64,000 nt of DNA from an uncultured bacterium (lineage in GTDB: Bacteria > Krumholzibacteriota > Krumholzibacteriia > Krumholzibacteriales > Krumholzibacteriaceae), in the NCBI GenBank assembly GCA_963786935.1, contig CAWBAN010000001.1, positions 64,001 to 128,000 of the forward strand, read 5' to 3'. Every line of letters begins with the position of its first letter. Within the stretch, counting starts at the first letter, position 1. The notes under the pieces are model-generated. The model was not told the origin of the DNA. It searched no databases and was given only the letters and a program-made list of their open reading frames with translations. Positions 46,623-57,682 of this stretch are shown here, in pieces. The position numbers and the translations under genes were made by a program.

Positions 46623-47534
46623 ATGCAGGCGATCGGCAACACTCCGCTCATTCAGCTGAAGCGACTCCACGAGAAGGGCGCCGCGGACGTTTTCGTCAAG
46701 TGGGAGGGCGCAAATCCCACCGGCAGCATGAAGGACCGCATGGCGCTCTCCATGATCGAGGGGGCCGAGAAGCGGGGGCTCCTCAAGCCGGGGAGCCGCG
46801 TCGTCGACTACACCGGCGGGAGCACGGGGAGCTCGCTCGCCATGGTGTGCGCGGCCAAGGGCTACCGCGGATACTTCGTCTCGTCGGACGCCTTCGCCGA
46901 GGAGAAGATCCAGACGATGCGCGCATTCGGCGCGACCGTGGAGGTGGCGCCGAGCGTGAACCGGATGGTCACGAAGGAGCTCATTCAATCTCTCATCGAC
47001 CGCGTGGCGGAGCTCGCCACCGAGCCGGACACCTTCTGGACCGACCAGTTCAACAACCGCGACAACAGCGCCGGGTACCTGCCCATGGCCGTGGAGATAA
47101 TGACGGCCCTCGGCGGCCGCTTCGACGAGTTCATACAGGGGGTCGGCACCGGCGGCTCATTCTCGGGGAACGCCGAGGTGTTCAAGCGAGAGGTGCCGGG
47201 GGTGCGGTGCATCGCCATCGAGCCGCTGAAATCGCGGGCGCTCTCCGGGCACGGCCCCTACGGCGGGCACCGGCTCGAGGGGATGGGGGCGGGATTCGTG
47301 CCGTCCATCTGCAGGCTCGATCTCGCGGACGATATCGTCGCGGTGAGCGACGAGGACGCCTATGCGACGGCTCGCCGACTCGCGCGCGAGGAGGGCATCT
47401 TCGGCGGGATTTCGTCGGGATCGAACGTATGGGCCGCCCTCCAGCGGGCCCGCAAGCTCGGGGCCGGAAAGCGCATCGTCACGATCATCTGCGATTCGGG
47501 GCTGAAGTATCTGCAGGACGATTTGTATCGATAA
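46623..47534 (+). CDS. Cysteine synthase family PLP enzyme
   Basis: IGNTPL, NPTGSMKDR, GVGTGG, GISSG, DSGLKYL. Confidence 0.92.
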   Translation: MQAIGNTPLIQLKRLHEKGAADVFVKWEGANPTGSMKDRMALSMIEGAEKRGLLKPGSRVVDYTGGSTGSSLAMVCAAKGYRGYFVSSDAFAEEKIQTMRAFGATVEVAPSVNRMVTKELIQSLIDRVAELATEPDTFWTDQFNNRDNSAGYLPMAVEIMTALGGRFDEFIQGVGTGGSFSGNAEVFKREVPGVRCIAIEPLKSRALSGHGPYGGHRLEGMGAGFVPSICRLDLADDIVAVSDEDAYATARRLAREEGIFGGISSGSNVWAALQRARKLGAGKRIVTIICDSGLKYLQDDLYR

Positions 47535-47560
47535 AGGCGGCGGGGAAGCCCCGCCGCCTT
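47534..47560. terminator. Hairpin between convergent genes, probable bidirectional terminator
   Basis: aaggcggcgggg-aag-ccccgccgcctt, perfect 12-bp stem. Confidence 0.75.
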
Positions 47561-47585
47561 CAATGCTACCGATTTTTCCCGCAAC

Positions 47586-48437
47586 CTAAATGCCGGACGG
47601 GATCAGCCCGAAATCCACGTCTTGGGTATTGACGCCCGCAGTGACCGCTATCCCGGTCCTGGTGGAATCAACGTATCCCACGGCGCTCGCCCGGACATCG
47701 TATATGCCGGCGAGCAGGGCCTGCAGCACGTAATCGCCCGTGACCGGATCGACCAGGGTCGCAGCCACCGTGTCGGCGGTAGAGGGATTCATGGCGTAGA
47801 TCACCGCGCCGATGCCGATGGGGAGCACGGTCCCGGAGATGGTGCCGGACAGCGTCGTCTGCACCAGGCGTATTGTGGGCCTGAGGATATAATCGCCGCT
47901 CCCCGGCGGGGCCTCATGAAGGGACTTTGCCACGTCGAAGTCCAGGGTGAACTCGGTTATGACGTTGGGATCGATCTTGAAGCCGCCAACGAGCTTGATT
48001 CCCGTCTGATCACCGCTGGGAATAGTGAGGTTCTGAGGCTCGCCGTCAACGATCAGCGTTGCGCTCTCGAGCATGATCCGGATCTGGGTATAGGTGCCGG
48101 CCTCGAGCTCCTTCTCGCAGAGAATGCCGAAATGGCCGTTCACCAGATCCATCAAGTCGAACGTCCGCCGCTCCACGGGCAGGGTATCGTACATGATGGT
48201 GATCCATCCATCGACCGGGTCTTCTTCCCCCGATGCCCGGTGGATGAGGATCTTATCGAATACGATTTCCAGACTTTCCACGCCCTCCATGTCGGCCGGC
48301 GCGTCCACCAGTACCAGCCGCAACGTGCCGGGTTCCGTGTCCGTGCTGGTGGAATCCGAGCAGGATATTAATCCTCCCATCACAAGAAGCAACATGGCCC
48401 CCGTGGTGATTATGGATCGCATCATACGTGAATTCAT
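47586..48437 (-). CDS. DUF4382 lipoprotein with C-terminal carboxypeptidase-regulatory-like domain
   Basis: Lipobox LISC; LVLVDAP, FDLMDLVNG, PSGDQTGIKL, LDFDVAKS, YILRPTIR. Confidence 0.82.
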   Translation of the reverse strand: MNSRMMRSIITTGAMLLLVMGGLISCSDSTSTDTEPGTLRLVLVDAPADMEGVESLEIVFDKILIHRASGEEDPVDGWITIMYDTLPVERRTFDLMDLVNGHFGILCEKELEAGTYTQIRIMLESATLIVDGEPQNLTIPSGDQTGIKLVGGFKIDPNVITEFTLDFDVAKSLHEAPPGSGDYILRPTIRLVQTTLSGTISGTVLPIGIGAVIYAMNPSTADTVAATLVDPVTGDYVLQALLAGIYDVRASAVGYVDSTRTGIAVTAGVNTQDVDFGLIPSGI

Positions 48438-48633
48438 AGTCTCGACTCCTTTCAAATCGTTGTCCGGTGCTCTGCTCAAGTATTAATAAGTATACTCGGA
48501 AAGCGGTCGCGGGTAAATCGCCCCGAGGGATGGAAAAGGAGCTAGTCCTGAAGGAGGAGACGCTCGTGCGGGGGTTATAATAGTCCATGGCCCGCCGCCT
48601 CATATGGTAACGTTTGCGGGAGGAAGGAACGCC

Positions 48634-48696
48634 GTGAAGATCCGGCAGGTATCGATAAATAACCACAAAAGGGCTTTCGAGGTGAAGACCTCATAG
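48634..48696 (+). pseudogene. Possible truncated gene remnant (MKIRQVSINNHKRAFEVKTS*)
   Basis: Strong RBS (GGAGGAAGG) then GTG and only 20 codons; resembles, from memory, the N-terminus of an antitoxin-like HTH family. Confidence 0.35.
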
Positions 48697-48730
48697 GCGC
48701 TGCGCTGCAATGAGAATGGGAGGTTCGTTC

Positions 48731-50014
48731 ATGGTTGGTCACGTGAAGCTTGCCCTCGTCTCGCTCGTCGCCATTCTCGTTCCGGCTCTGTGCGGGCCGG
48801 CGACGGGCCAAGAGAAGACGCTCAAGGAAAAGGCGATCGCGGAGTTCGAGAGCGCGAACTACCCCGCGGCGATCGAGTATCTCGAGCAGGCCCGCGCCGC
48901 GTCGCCGGACGACGCCGAGATCTACTACTATCTCGGCTATTTCACGCACTACCTCTGCTATGACTCCGTGCCGCTGACCGGCTTCGGGCGGGAGAGGTCC
49001 GATGAGGTGCTCCGCTACCTCGAGAAAGCGGTCGAGCTCGATCCTCACCTCGGAAACGCGTACTACTTTCTGGGCGCCGAGTACGGCGCGCGCTCGCGCG
49101 ACGAGATGCAGCGGGGCTCCGCCAAGGGTGCCGTCGAGGAGTTCCGATCGGGGCGGCAGGCCGGCGGCTATCCGGACTGGATGATCGAATTCGGCCGAAA
49201 CCTGCTGCGCTCCTGCGCGCCGAACGCGATTCTCTTCACCGGGGGCGACGCCGATACCAATCCGGTCGAGTATCTTCAAGCGGTCGAGGGGTATCGAATG
49301 GACGTCACGGTGATCCCGCTCGCGCTCCTCGACAGACCGTGGTTCGTCGCGTTGCTGAAGAAAGGCATGACGGGCGTCGTCGCTCCCGCGCCGATCAGCT
49401 GGAGCGACGAGCAGATCTCATCGATGCATCCATACAAATGGAAGAAGAACGTCGTTCGCGTTCCGGTGCCCGAGGACATCGGGCGGGCGCAGGCAAAGGG
49501 GCAAGCGAGCGTGGAGTGGGAGCTGCCGCCGGATCTCGGCCGGGGAGAGGAGCTCGGGCTCCTGAGCGCGGGGCGGGCCGTATTCGCGGACATCCTGATC
49601 ACGAACCAATGGAAGCGTCCGATCTGCTTTTCGAGCGGATGCTATCCGGGCGCGTGGGCGGGCCTCGACGCGAATATCCAGCTGTGCGGGATCGCCAATC
49701 GCCTGCTGCCGTTTGCACCGGTGACGAATGTGGACGCGGAAGCGACGAGCGCGCTTCTTCTCGACGAGGGTAACTTCCGGCTCTTGCCCACACTGCGCGA
49801 CTCCGATATGCCCAGAGTGTCCTATATGCTGCAGAACTACCGGGCGTCATTTCTGAGCCTGGCCTACCAGTATGTCCAACAGGGAGAACTCGAGAAGGCA
49901 AAGGCGGTTCTTGAGGCTATGAGCAAATCGGTTCCCGAGGATATTCTGCCGATGTCCGAGCAGTATGGGGTTCTGACCGAGGGGCTCAGGAAGATGCTGA
50001 ATGAAGGCGAATAG
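48731..50014 (+). CDS. Secreted TPR protein with DUF2723/TMEM260-like soluble domain
   Basis: Signal peptide, TPRs (AIEYLEQA..PDDAEIYYYLG), NLLRSCAPNAILFTGGDADTNPVEYLQAVEGYRMDV. Confidence 0.7.
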   Translation: MVGHVKLALVSLVAILVPALCGPATGQEKTLKEKAIAEFESANYPAAIEYLEQARAASPDDAEIYYYLGYFTHYLCYDSVPLTGFGRERSDEVLRYLEKAVELDPHLGNAYYFLGAEYGARSRDEMQRGSAKGAVEEFRSGRQAGGYPDWMIEFGRNLLRSCAPNAILFTGGDADTNPVEYLQAVEGYRMDVTVIPLALLDRPWFVALLKKGMTGVVAPAPISWSDEQISSMHPYKWKKNVVRVPVPEDIGRAQAKGQASVEWELPPDLGRGEELGLLSAGRAVFADILITNQWKRPICFSSGCYPGAWAGLDANIQLCGIANRLLPFAPVTNVDAEATSALLLDEGNFRLLPTLRDSDMPRVSYMLQNYRASFLSLAYQYVQQGELEKAKAVLEAMSKSVPEDILPMSEQYGVLTEGLRKMLNEGE

Positions 50015-50041
50015 AATCGGGCGCTGGGAGGAAATGCGGAA

Positions 50042-50073
50042 GGGCCGGATCATTCTCTTCGGCCCGCCTTTTT
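50042..50073 (+). terminator. Possible intrinsic terminator at right end of accessory block
   Basis: gggccgga-N8-ttcggccc followed by gccttttt. Confidence 0.45.
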
Positions 50074-50142
50074 GCCCTTGACTTCCCCCATCTCTTTTGT
50101 TATCAATATTGTTCGTTTGCGAAACATTCAGGAGGTATACCT

Positions 50143-50454
50143 GTGTACGCGGTCGTTCGCCTTGCGGGCAAACAATTTATGGTGCAGCCGAACGAGCTTG
50201 TGGACGTCCCGCTCCTCGAGCTCGATCCGGGAACAGTCATCAACTGCGACGAGGTGCTCGCATATTCGGACGGCACAGACGTTCGGGTCGGGAAGCCTCT
50301 TGTCGAGGGCATCAAGGTCGTCGGCGAGGTAGTCGCCCATGCCCGCGCGCCCAAGGTCATGCTCTATAAGATGAAGCGCCGCAAAAACTACCGCAAGAAA
50401 CAGGGACACAAGCAGCATTTCACCCGCGTGAGAATCAAAGAGATCACCGCATAG
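50143..50454 (+). CDS. rplU: 50S ribosomal protein L21
   Basis: GTG start, AGGAGG RBS; MYAVVRLAGKQFMV...KRRKNYRKKQGHKQ. Confidence 0.96.
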   Translation: MYAVVRLAGKQFMVQPNELVDVPLLELDPGTVINCDEVLAYSDGTDVRVGKPLVEGIKVVGEVVAHARAPKVMLYKMKRRKNYRKKQGHKQHFTRVRIKEITA

Positions 50455-50472
50455 GATACGAGGAGCAGCGTC

Positions 50473-50733
50473 ATGGCACATAAAAAGGGAGTCGGGAGTT
50501 CGAAAAACGGGCGCGACAGCCAGTCCCATCGACTCGGCGTGAAGCGCTACTCCGGCCAGACGATCAACGCCGGCACGATCATCGTCCGCCAGCACGGCTC
50601 GAAGATCCACCCCGGCACGAACGTCGGCAAGGGTCGCGACGACACCTTGTTCGCCCTCATCACGGGCGTCGTCAAGTTCGAACGTCTCGGCAAAGAGAAG
50701 AAGAAAGTCAGCGTATACGCCAAAGCGGAATAG
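50473..50733 (+). CDS. rpmA: 50S ribosomal protein L27
   Basis: [24 protein letters not shown]. Confidence 0.98.
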   Translation: MAHKKGVGSSKNGRDSQSHRLGVKRYSGQTINAGTIIVRQHGSKIHPGTNVGKGRDDTLFALITGVVKFERLGKEKKKVSVYAKAE

Positions 50734-50762
50734 CCTTCCGCGATATCTGACGGCCGTATTGA

Positions 50763-50810
50763 ATGGAGAACCCGGAACGTGAACGTTCCACCCGGTTCTC
50801 CATTTTTTTT
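50763..50810 (+). terminator. Rho-independent terminator after rplU-rpmA
   Basis: atggagaacc...ggttctccat stem with inner ggaacgt/acgttcc, then T run. Confidence 0.85.
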
Positions 50811-50883
50811 ATGGCGTCCCGCGCCCGGCGGCGATACTCTCATGAGGCAGTGAGAGAGGCCGCATCATCCCCGGAGGTACGCA

Positions 50884-51537
50884 ATGAAGATCAAATATCT
50901 CGGCCATGCCGCGTTCGAGCTCGTCCTCGAGGGCGGCGCGCGCATCGTGTTCGATCCCTACACGGCGGGGGCGTTCGGCACGCTCGCGTGCGATGAGATC
51001 ACGGGGAGCTACGACATCGCGATCGTGAGCCACAGCCACGAGGATCACGTGTGCCGGGATGTGCTCTCGCGCTCGAAGACGATCGTCAACAAGCAGGGCA
51101 AGGTGAAAACGACCGGCGTCACGATCGAGTCGCTCATCACGTATCACGACGAGTCGAAGGGCAGGGAGCGGGGGAAGAACTTCATCTCCATCGTCGAGGC
51201 GGAGGGGCTCCGCGTCGCGCATCTCGGCGATCTCGGCCATTCGATCGCGCGGAAGGATTTTCCGATGCTCATGTGGCTCGACGTGCTCCTGATCCCCGTC
51301 GGCGGGCATTTCACGATCGGCGCGGCGACCGCTGCCGCGCTCGTGAAGGAGTTCGAGCCGAAGATCGTCATCCCGATGCATTACAAGACGGCGAAGGTGG
51401 ATTTTCCCATCACGCCCGTTGAGAATTTCACGAAACTGATGGATACTGTCGAGGTCTCGGATGCGAGCTGGATCGAGGTCTGGAAGGAGAAGCTCCCGGC
51501 GAAGACGAAGGTCGTGGTGCTGCTGCCGGCGAACTGA
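50884..51537 (+). CDS. MBL-fold metallo-hydrolase
   Basis: YLGHAAF, SHSHEDH, HLGDLG, IPMHY. Confidence 0.9.
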   Translation: MKIKYLGHAAFELVLEGGARIVFDPYTAGAFGTLACDEITGSYDIAIVSHSHEDHVCRDVLSRSKTIVNKQGKVKTTGVTIESLITYHDESKGRERGKNFISIVEAEGLRVAHLGDLGHSIARKDFPMLMWLDVLLIPVGGHFTIGAATAAALVKEFEPKIVIPMHYKTAKVDFPITPVENFTKLMDTVEVSDASWIEVWKEKLPAKTKVVVLLPAN

Positions 51538-51569
51538 TTCGGCCGGCGGCGCGCGGAAGGAGGAGCGGC

Positions 51570-51944
51570 ATGTTCTGCCCGAAATGCAAAGCCGAATACA
51601 ATGAAGGCGTACTGATGTGCGCCGACTGCGATGTGCCGCTCGTCCCGGCGCTGCCCGAGAAGCGGCAGACGAAGGACATCGATTTCGTCAGCGTCGTGCG
51701 CACGTTCAATCCGCAGGACATCGCGATCATCGAGAGCCTCCTCGAGGAGTCAGGCATCAAGTATTACATTCAGGGGGCGACGAGCATGACCACGTACCCC
51801 CTTGTGGATCCCGCGAACGTCATGGTGGTGAAGGCGCAGGCCGACGAGGCGCGGGAGCTTCTCAAGGACCTCGACCTGAAGTTTTACTGGTACAAGGCCG
51901 ATAAAGACGAGAGCAACGAGAAGGATGAGGATCCACTGGAGTGA
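51570..51944 (+). CDS. Zinc-ribbon plus DUF2007 protein
   Basis: MFCPKCKAEY...CADCDVPLV; IIESLLEESGI. Confidence 0.8.
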   Translation: MFCPKCKAEYNEGVLMCADCDVPLVPALPEKRQTKDIDFVSVVRTFNPQDIAIIESLLEESGIKYYIQGATSMTTYPLVDPANVMVVKAQADEARELLKDLDLKFYWYKADKDESNEKDEDPLE

Positions 51945-51952
51945 GGTGAACG

Positions 51953-52957
51953 ATGCCGAAAGCGAAGAAGAGGGTCGTGAAAAAGGCGGCCAAAGCGAAA
52001 ACGAAGCCAAAGAAAGCAGCGCCCAGGAAGCGCACGGCGCCGAAGAAAGCGCCGATGGCCGTCAAGCCCGCGAGGCCCGCGAGGTCCGCAAAGCCGGCGA
52101 AGCCCGTTTCCACCGTCCGCGAGATCGACGCGAAGAAGATCACGGACGCGGTGGCGCGCCTCTCGAAGGAGGCGAATTTCGATCTCGAGAAGGACGTCCT
52201 CGAGGCGCTCAAGAGCGGGAAGGGGGCCGAGTCCTCTCCCGTCGGGAAGGAGATATTCTCCCAGCTCCTCGAGAACGCCGAGATCGCCCGCACCGAGCGG
52301 ATGCCGATCTGCCAGGATACGGGGCTCGCCGTCGTGTTCGTCGACATCGGGCAGGACGCCCACGTCGCGGGCGGGAACCTCAACGACGCGATCAACGAGG
52401 GCGTGCGCCGCGGCTACACGGAAGGCTACCTGCGCAAGTCGGTCCTCGGCGATCCGCTCAAGCGCGTGAACACGAAGGACAACACCCCCGCCGTGATCCA
52501 CACGCGGATCGTGCCGGGGAACAAGCTCGCGCTCTGGGTCGTCCCGAAGGGGGGCGGCAGCGAGAACATGAGCAAGATCGCCATGATGAAGCCGGCCGAC
52601 GGCGTCGAGGGCGTGAAGAAGTTCGTCGTCGAGTGCGTGCGCGTCGCCTCGGCGAACCCGTGCCCGCCGATCATCGTCGGGGTCGGGATCGGCGGCTCCT
52701 TCGAGCAGTGCGCGATGAACGCCAAGCGCGCGCTCCTGCGCGAGATCGGCTCGCGGCATCCGGACGAGTATTACGCGGCGCTCGAGGACGAGCTCTTCCA
52801 GAAGGTGAACGATACGGGGATCGGGCCCATGGGGCTCGGCGGGCGCATCACGGCGCTCGCGGTGCACGTCGTGGCGGCTCCGTGCCACATCGCCTCGCTC
52901 CCCGTCGCCGTCAACATCAACTGTCACGCGGCGCGGCACAAGACGGTCGTGCTCTGA
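51953..52957 (+). CDS. Fe-S fumarate/tartrate hydro-lyase alpha subunit with Lys/Ala/Pro-rich N-terminal tail
   Basis: PICQDTG, GYLRKS, PKGGGSEN, NPCPP, CHAARH. Confidence 0.92.
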   Translation: MPKAKKRVVKKAAKAKTKPKKAAPRKRTAPKKAPMAVKPARPARSAKPAKPVSTVREIDAKKITDAVARLSKEANFDLEKDVLEALKSGKGAESSPVGKEIFSQLLENAEIARTERMPICQDTGLAVVFVDIGQDAHVAGGNLNDAINEGVRRGYTEGYLRKSVLGDPLKRVNTKDNTPAVIHTRIVPGNKLALWVVPKGGGSENMSKIAMMKPADGVEGVKKFVVECVRVASANPCPPIIVGVGIGGSFEQCAMNAKRALLREIGSRHPDEYYAALEDELFQKVNDTGIGPMGLGGRITALAVHVVAAPCHIASLPVAVNINCHAARHKTVVL

Positions 52958-53000
52958 TGCACGCTGGGAAGCGTGCTCTGATTCACAGAAAGGTGGACCG

Positions 53001-53552
53001 ATGGCTGAATATTCCATACGCACGCCTCTGAAGCCGGAGGACGTCGACAAGCTCCGCGCCGGCGACACGGTGATGCTCAACGGATTCATCTACACGGCGC
53101 GCGACGCGGCCCACAAGCGGCTCGTCGAGCTCATCAAGGACGGCAAAGAGCTCCCGCTCCCGCTCGAGGGACAGATCATCTACTACGTCGGCCCGTCGCC
53201 GACCCCGCCGGGGAAGCCGATCGGCTCGGCCGGCCCGACGACGAGCTTCCGCATGGATCCGTACGCCCCCCTGCTCATCGAGCGCGGGCTCCGCGGGATG
53301 ATCGGCAAGGGCGAGCGGGCGGCCGGCGTCGTGGAAGCGATGCAGAAGTACGGCGCCGTCTATTTCGCGGCGACGGGCGGGGCGGCCGCGCTTCTCTCGA
53401 AGCGCATCGTGAAGGCCGAGATCATCGCTTATCCGGAGCTCGGCGCCGAGGCGATCAGCAAGCTCACCGTGGAGAATTTCCCCGTGATCGTGGCGCAGGA
53501 CAGCCACGGCGGGAACATCTACCAGGAAGGGCAGAAGCAGTACGCGCGTTAG
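53001..53552 (+). CDS. Fe-S fumarate/tartrate hydro-lyase beta subunit
   Basis: TARDAAHKR, GPTTSFRMD, MIGKG, ELGAEAI. Confidence 0.93.
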   Translation: MAEYSIRTPLKPEDVDKLRAGDTVMLNGFIYTARDAAHKRLVELIKDGKELPLPLEGQIIYYVGPSPTPPGKPIGSAGPTTSFRMDPYAPLLIERGLRGMIGKGERAAGVVEAMQKYGAVYFAATGGAAALLSKRIVKAEIIAYPELGAEAISKLTVENFPVIVAQDSHGGNIYQEGQKQYAR

Positions 53553-53567
53553 CAGAAAGAGCGTGAA

Positions 53568-54489
53568 ATGACGAATGACAAAGCCGCGAAACGCGGCGGA
53601 ACCGCCGGGCGGCGCGACGAGCGCGCCGCGAATCCCTCGCCGAAGCTCCTCGCCCCTTACCGCGACAAGGCGCTCGTCGTGATTCCGGCCCGCTACGGCT
53701 CGACGCGCTTCGAGGGGAAGCCGCTCGCCAAAATCGCGGGCTCCCCGATGATCGTGCACGTCGTGAACCGCGCGGCGAAGATCCGGAACGCCGACGCCGT
53801 CATCGTCGCCACGGACGACCGGCGGATCAAGGACGCGGTCGAGGAGGTCGGGGGCGTGGCCGTCATGACGAAGCGGACGCACCCGACCGGGACCTCGCGC
53901 GTCTGCGAGGCGGCGGGCTACTTCCTCCACGGGATCGTCGTGAACGTGCAGGGGGACGAGCCGCTCCTTCCCGTCGCCGGCGTCGAGAAGCTCATCGAAA
54001 CGATGCAGGCCGATCCGACGCTCGCGATGGGGACGCTCGCCTCGCCGGGGAGCGACTTCGACGATCTCTTCCGCGCCGACGTGGTCAAGGTTGTGTGCGA
54101 CGAGGCGGGAAACGCGCTCTATTTCTCGCGTTCGCCGATTCCGTATCCGATGTTTGAGACGCCGGAGACGGGCTCGCCCCGGCGGGCGAACGGGCGGAAG
54201 CGCTGGAAGATCAGCTATCTCCGCCACATCGGCGTCTACGCCTTCAGGCGCGAGTTCCTCTTCGGCTACAACGACTTGCGCCGGGGACCCCTCGAGCGGC
54301 TCGAGCGCCTCGAGCAGCTGCGCGCCCTCGAGAACGGCTACCGAATCGGCGTCGTCATGTGCCGTTCCGATTCGATCGGTGTCGACCGGCCCGAGGACAT
54401 CGCCCGCGTGAAAAAGCTGCTCCGTGCCAAGCCCGCGTCCCGCGCAAGAAAAATCGGACGCGGAAAAAAATTATCGGGCAGAAAAAAAG

Positions 54490-54515
<26 letters not shown>
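53568..54515 (+). CDS. kdsB: CMP-KDO synthetase
   Basis: IPARYGSTRFEGKPL, VNVQGDEP, ALYFSRSPIP, HIGVYAFR, LEQLRALE. Confidence 0.94.
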
Positions 54516-56252
<1,737 letters not shown>

Positions 56253-57080
56253 ATGGAAGCCCTTCGAATCGCCGGCCGTTCCATCGAACCCGGTAAGACC
56301 CCCATCCTCATCGCCGGTCCTTGCGTTCTCGAGAATCAGGCCGACGCCGAGCGCGTCGCTCTGGAGTGCGCCGAGGCCGCGGCGCGCGAGGGGTTCTTCT
56401 ACATCTTCAAATCGAGCTACCTCAAGGACAACCGTTCCTCGATCGATTCGTACACGGGCCCCGGCCTCGAGAAGGGGGTAGCGCAGCTCGCCGCGATCAA
56501 GGCGAAGGCGAAGGTGCCCGTCCTCACCGACGTGCACTGCCGCGAGGAGATCGCGCGGGCCGCCGAGGTCGCCGACGTGATCCAGATCCCCGCGTTTCTC
56601 GTGCGGCAGACGCGGCTCGTCGCCGCGGCGGCCAAGACGGGCACGGTGCTCAACCTCAAGAAGAGCCAGATGCTCTCCCCCGAGGAGATGGCGAACGCCG
56701 TCGAGAAGGCGCGCGTCTCGGGCGCGGGGGGCGTCATGGTCACCGAGCGCGGGACATTCTTCGGCTACAACAACCTCGTCGTGGACTTCACGGCTTTCCC
56801 GCGGATGCGCCCCTTCGGCGTGCCGCTCATCTTCGACGCGACCCACTCGCTGCAGCTCCCCGGCGGGCTCGGCACGCGCTCCGGCGGGCGTCCCGAGCAC
56901 GTCGCCACGCTCGCGCGCGCGGCGGTCGCCGCGGGCTGCGACGGGCTCTTCGTCGAGACCCACTTCGCGCCCCTCTCCTGCAAGTGCGACGCCGAGGCGA
57001 TGCTGCCGCTCGCGGAGCTCCCGAAGCTCCTCAAGGAGCTCGCCGCGCTCTTCGCACTCGTGCGGGGCTTCGCGAAATAA
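56253..57080 (+). CDS. kdsA: KDO 8-phosphate synthase
   Basis: IAGPCVLE, KSSYLKDNRSS, QIPAFL, ERGTFFGY, DATHSLQ. Confidence 0.94.
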   Translation: MEALRIAGRSIEPGKTPILIAGPCVLENQADAERVALECAEAAAREGFFYIFKSSYLKDNRSSIDSYTGPGLEKGVAQLAAIKAKAKVPVLTDVHCREEIARAAEVADVIQIPAFLVRQTRLVAAAAKTGTVLNLKKSQMLSPEEMANAVEKARVSGAGGVMVTERGTFFGYNNLVVDFTAFPRMRPFGVPLIFDATHSLQLPGGLGTRSGGRPEHVATLARAAVAAGCDGLFVETHFAPLSCKCDAEAMLPLAELPKLLKELAALFALVRGFAK

Positions 57081-57104
57081 TCGAATGAAAGATTGCAGCT
57101 CCTC

Positions 57105-57133
57105 TTGACGGTATGCACATTTGTGCATATAAT
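57105..57133 (+). promoter_or_regulatory. Sigma70 promoter with palindromic operator for brnTA
   Basis: TTGACG-17 bp-TATAAT; perfect IR tatgcaca-tt-tgtgcata (57112-57129). Confidence 0.85.
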
Positions 57134-57139
57134 TGCATT

Positions 57140-57403
57140 GTGCGGTTTGAGTGGGATAGGCGGAAGGAGAGGTCGAATTGGGAGAAGCATGGCGTCGAAT
57201 TCGCCGACGCCGAGGAAGTGTTCTTTGACCTTTATGCGATTACGATGCCGGATGAATCCCGGGGAGAAGTCAGGTATGCTACAATCGGAAGGGATATGAC
57301 CGGCAGTGTTCTGGTTGTTGTGTATGCATGGCGACAGAAGCGTATTCGCATTATTTCGGCGCGAATAGCTGACCGGCAGGAGCGCAGGCAATACGAGGGA
57401 TGA
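57140..57403 (+). CDS. brnT: BrnT-family toxin
   Basis: (M)RFEWDRRKERSNWEKHGVEF...IRIISARIA..ERRQYE. Confidence 0.9.
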   Translation: MRFEWDRRKERSNWEKHGVEFADAEEVFFDLYAITMPDESRGEVRYATIGRDMTGSVLVVVYAWRQKRIRIISARIADRQERRQYEG

Positions 57404-57406
57404 ACG

Positions 57407-57682
57407 ATGAAGAAACACTATGATTTCAGCAAGGGAGTGCGTGGACCTATTCTCCCGATTCCGCCCGGCAAGACCCGTATCACCATCAGAATCGATACTG
57501 AGATTCTGGACTGGTTCCGAGGCAAGATCAACGAGGCAGGAGGGGGAAGTTATCAGACTATGATGAACGAGGCCCTGCGCGACCACATCCGCCGGCGCGA
57601 CGAATCGATCGAGGAGAAGCTGCGGCACGTCGTGCGGGAGGAGCTCGCGCGATATGGGACGAGAAAGCGGCGAACAAAGTAG
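57407..57682 (+). CDS. brnA: BrnA-family antitoxin (RHH)
   Basis: MKKHYDFSKG...KTRITIRIDTEILDWFR...YQTMMNEALR. Confidence 0.9.
   Translation: MKKHYDFSKGVRGPILPIPPGKTRITIRIDTEILDWFRGKINEAGGGSYQTMMNEALRDHIRRRDESIEEKLRHVVREELARYGTRKRRTK

Noticed and set aside
34394..50014. Integron cassette array
   Set aside because: No integrase, no repeated attC-like (RYYYAAC...GTTRRRY) sites between genes, and many genes overlap or are only a few bases apart.
54150..54205. Hairpin-element insertion in kdsB (ETPETGSPRRANGRKR)
   Set aside because: Only short GC-rich stems and a 7-bp match to the core; this loop is variable in KdsB proteins anyway.
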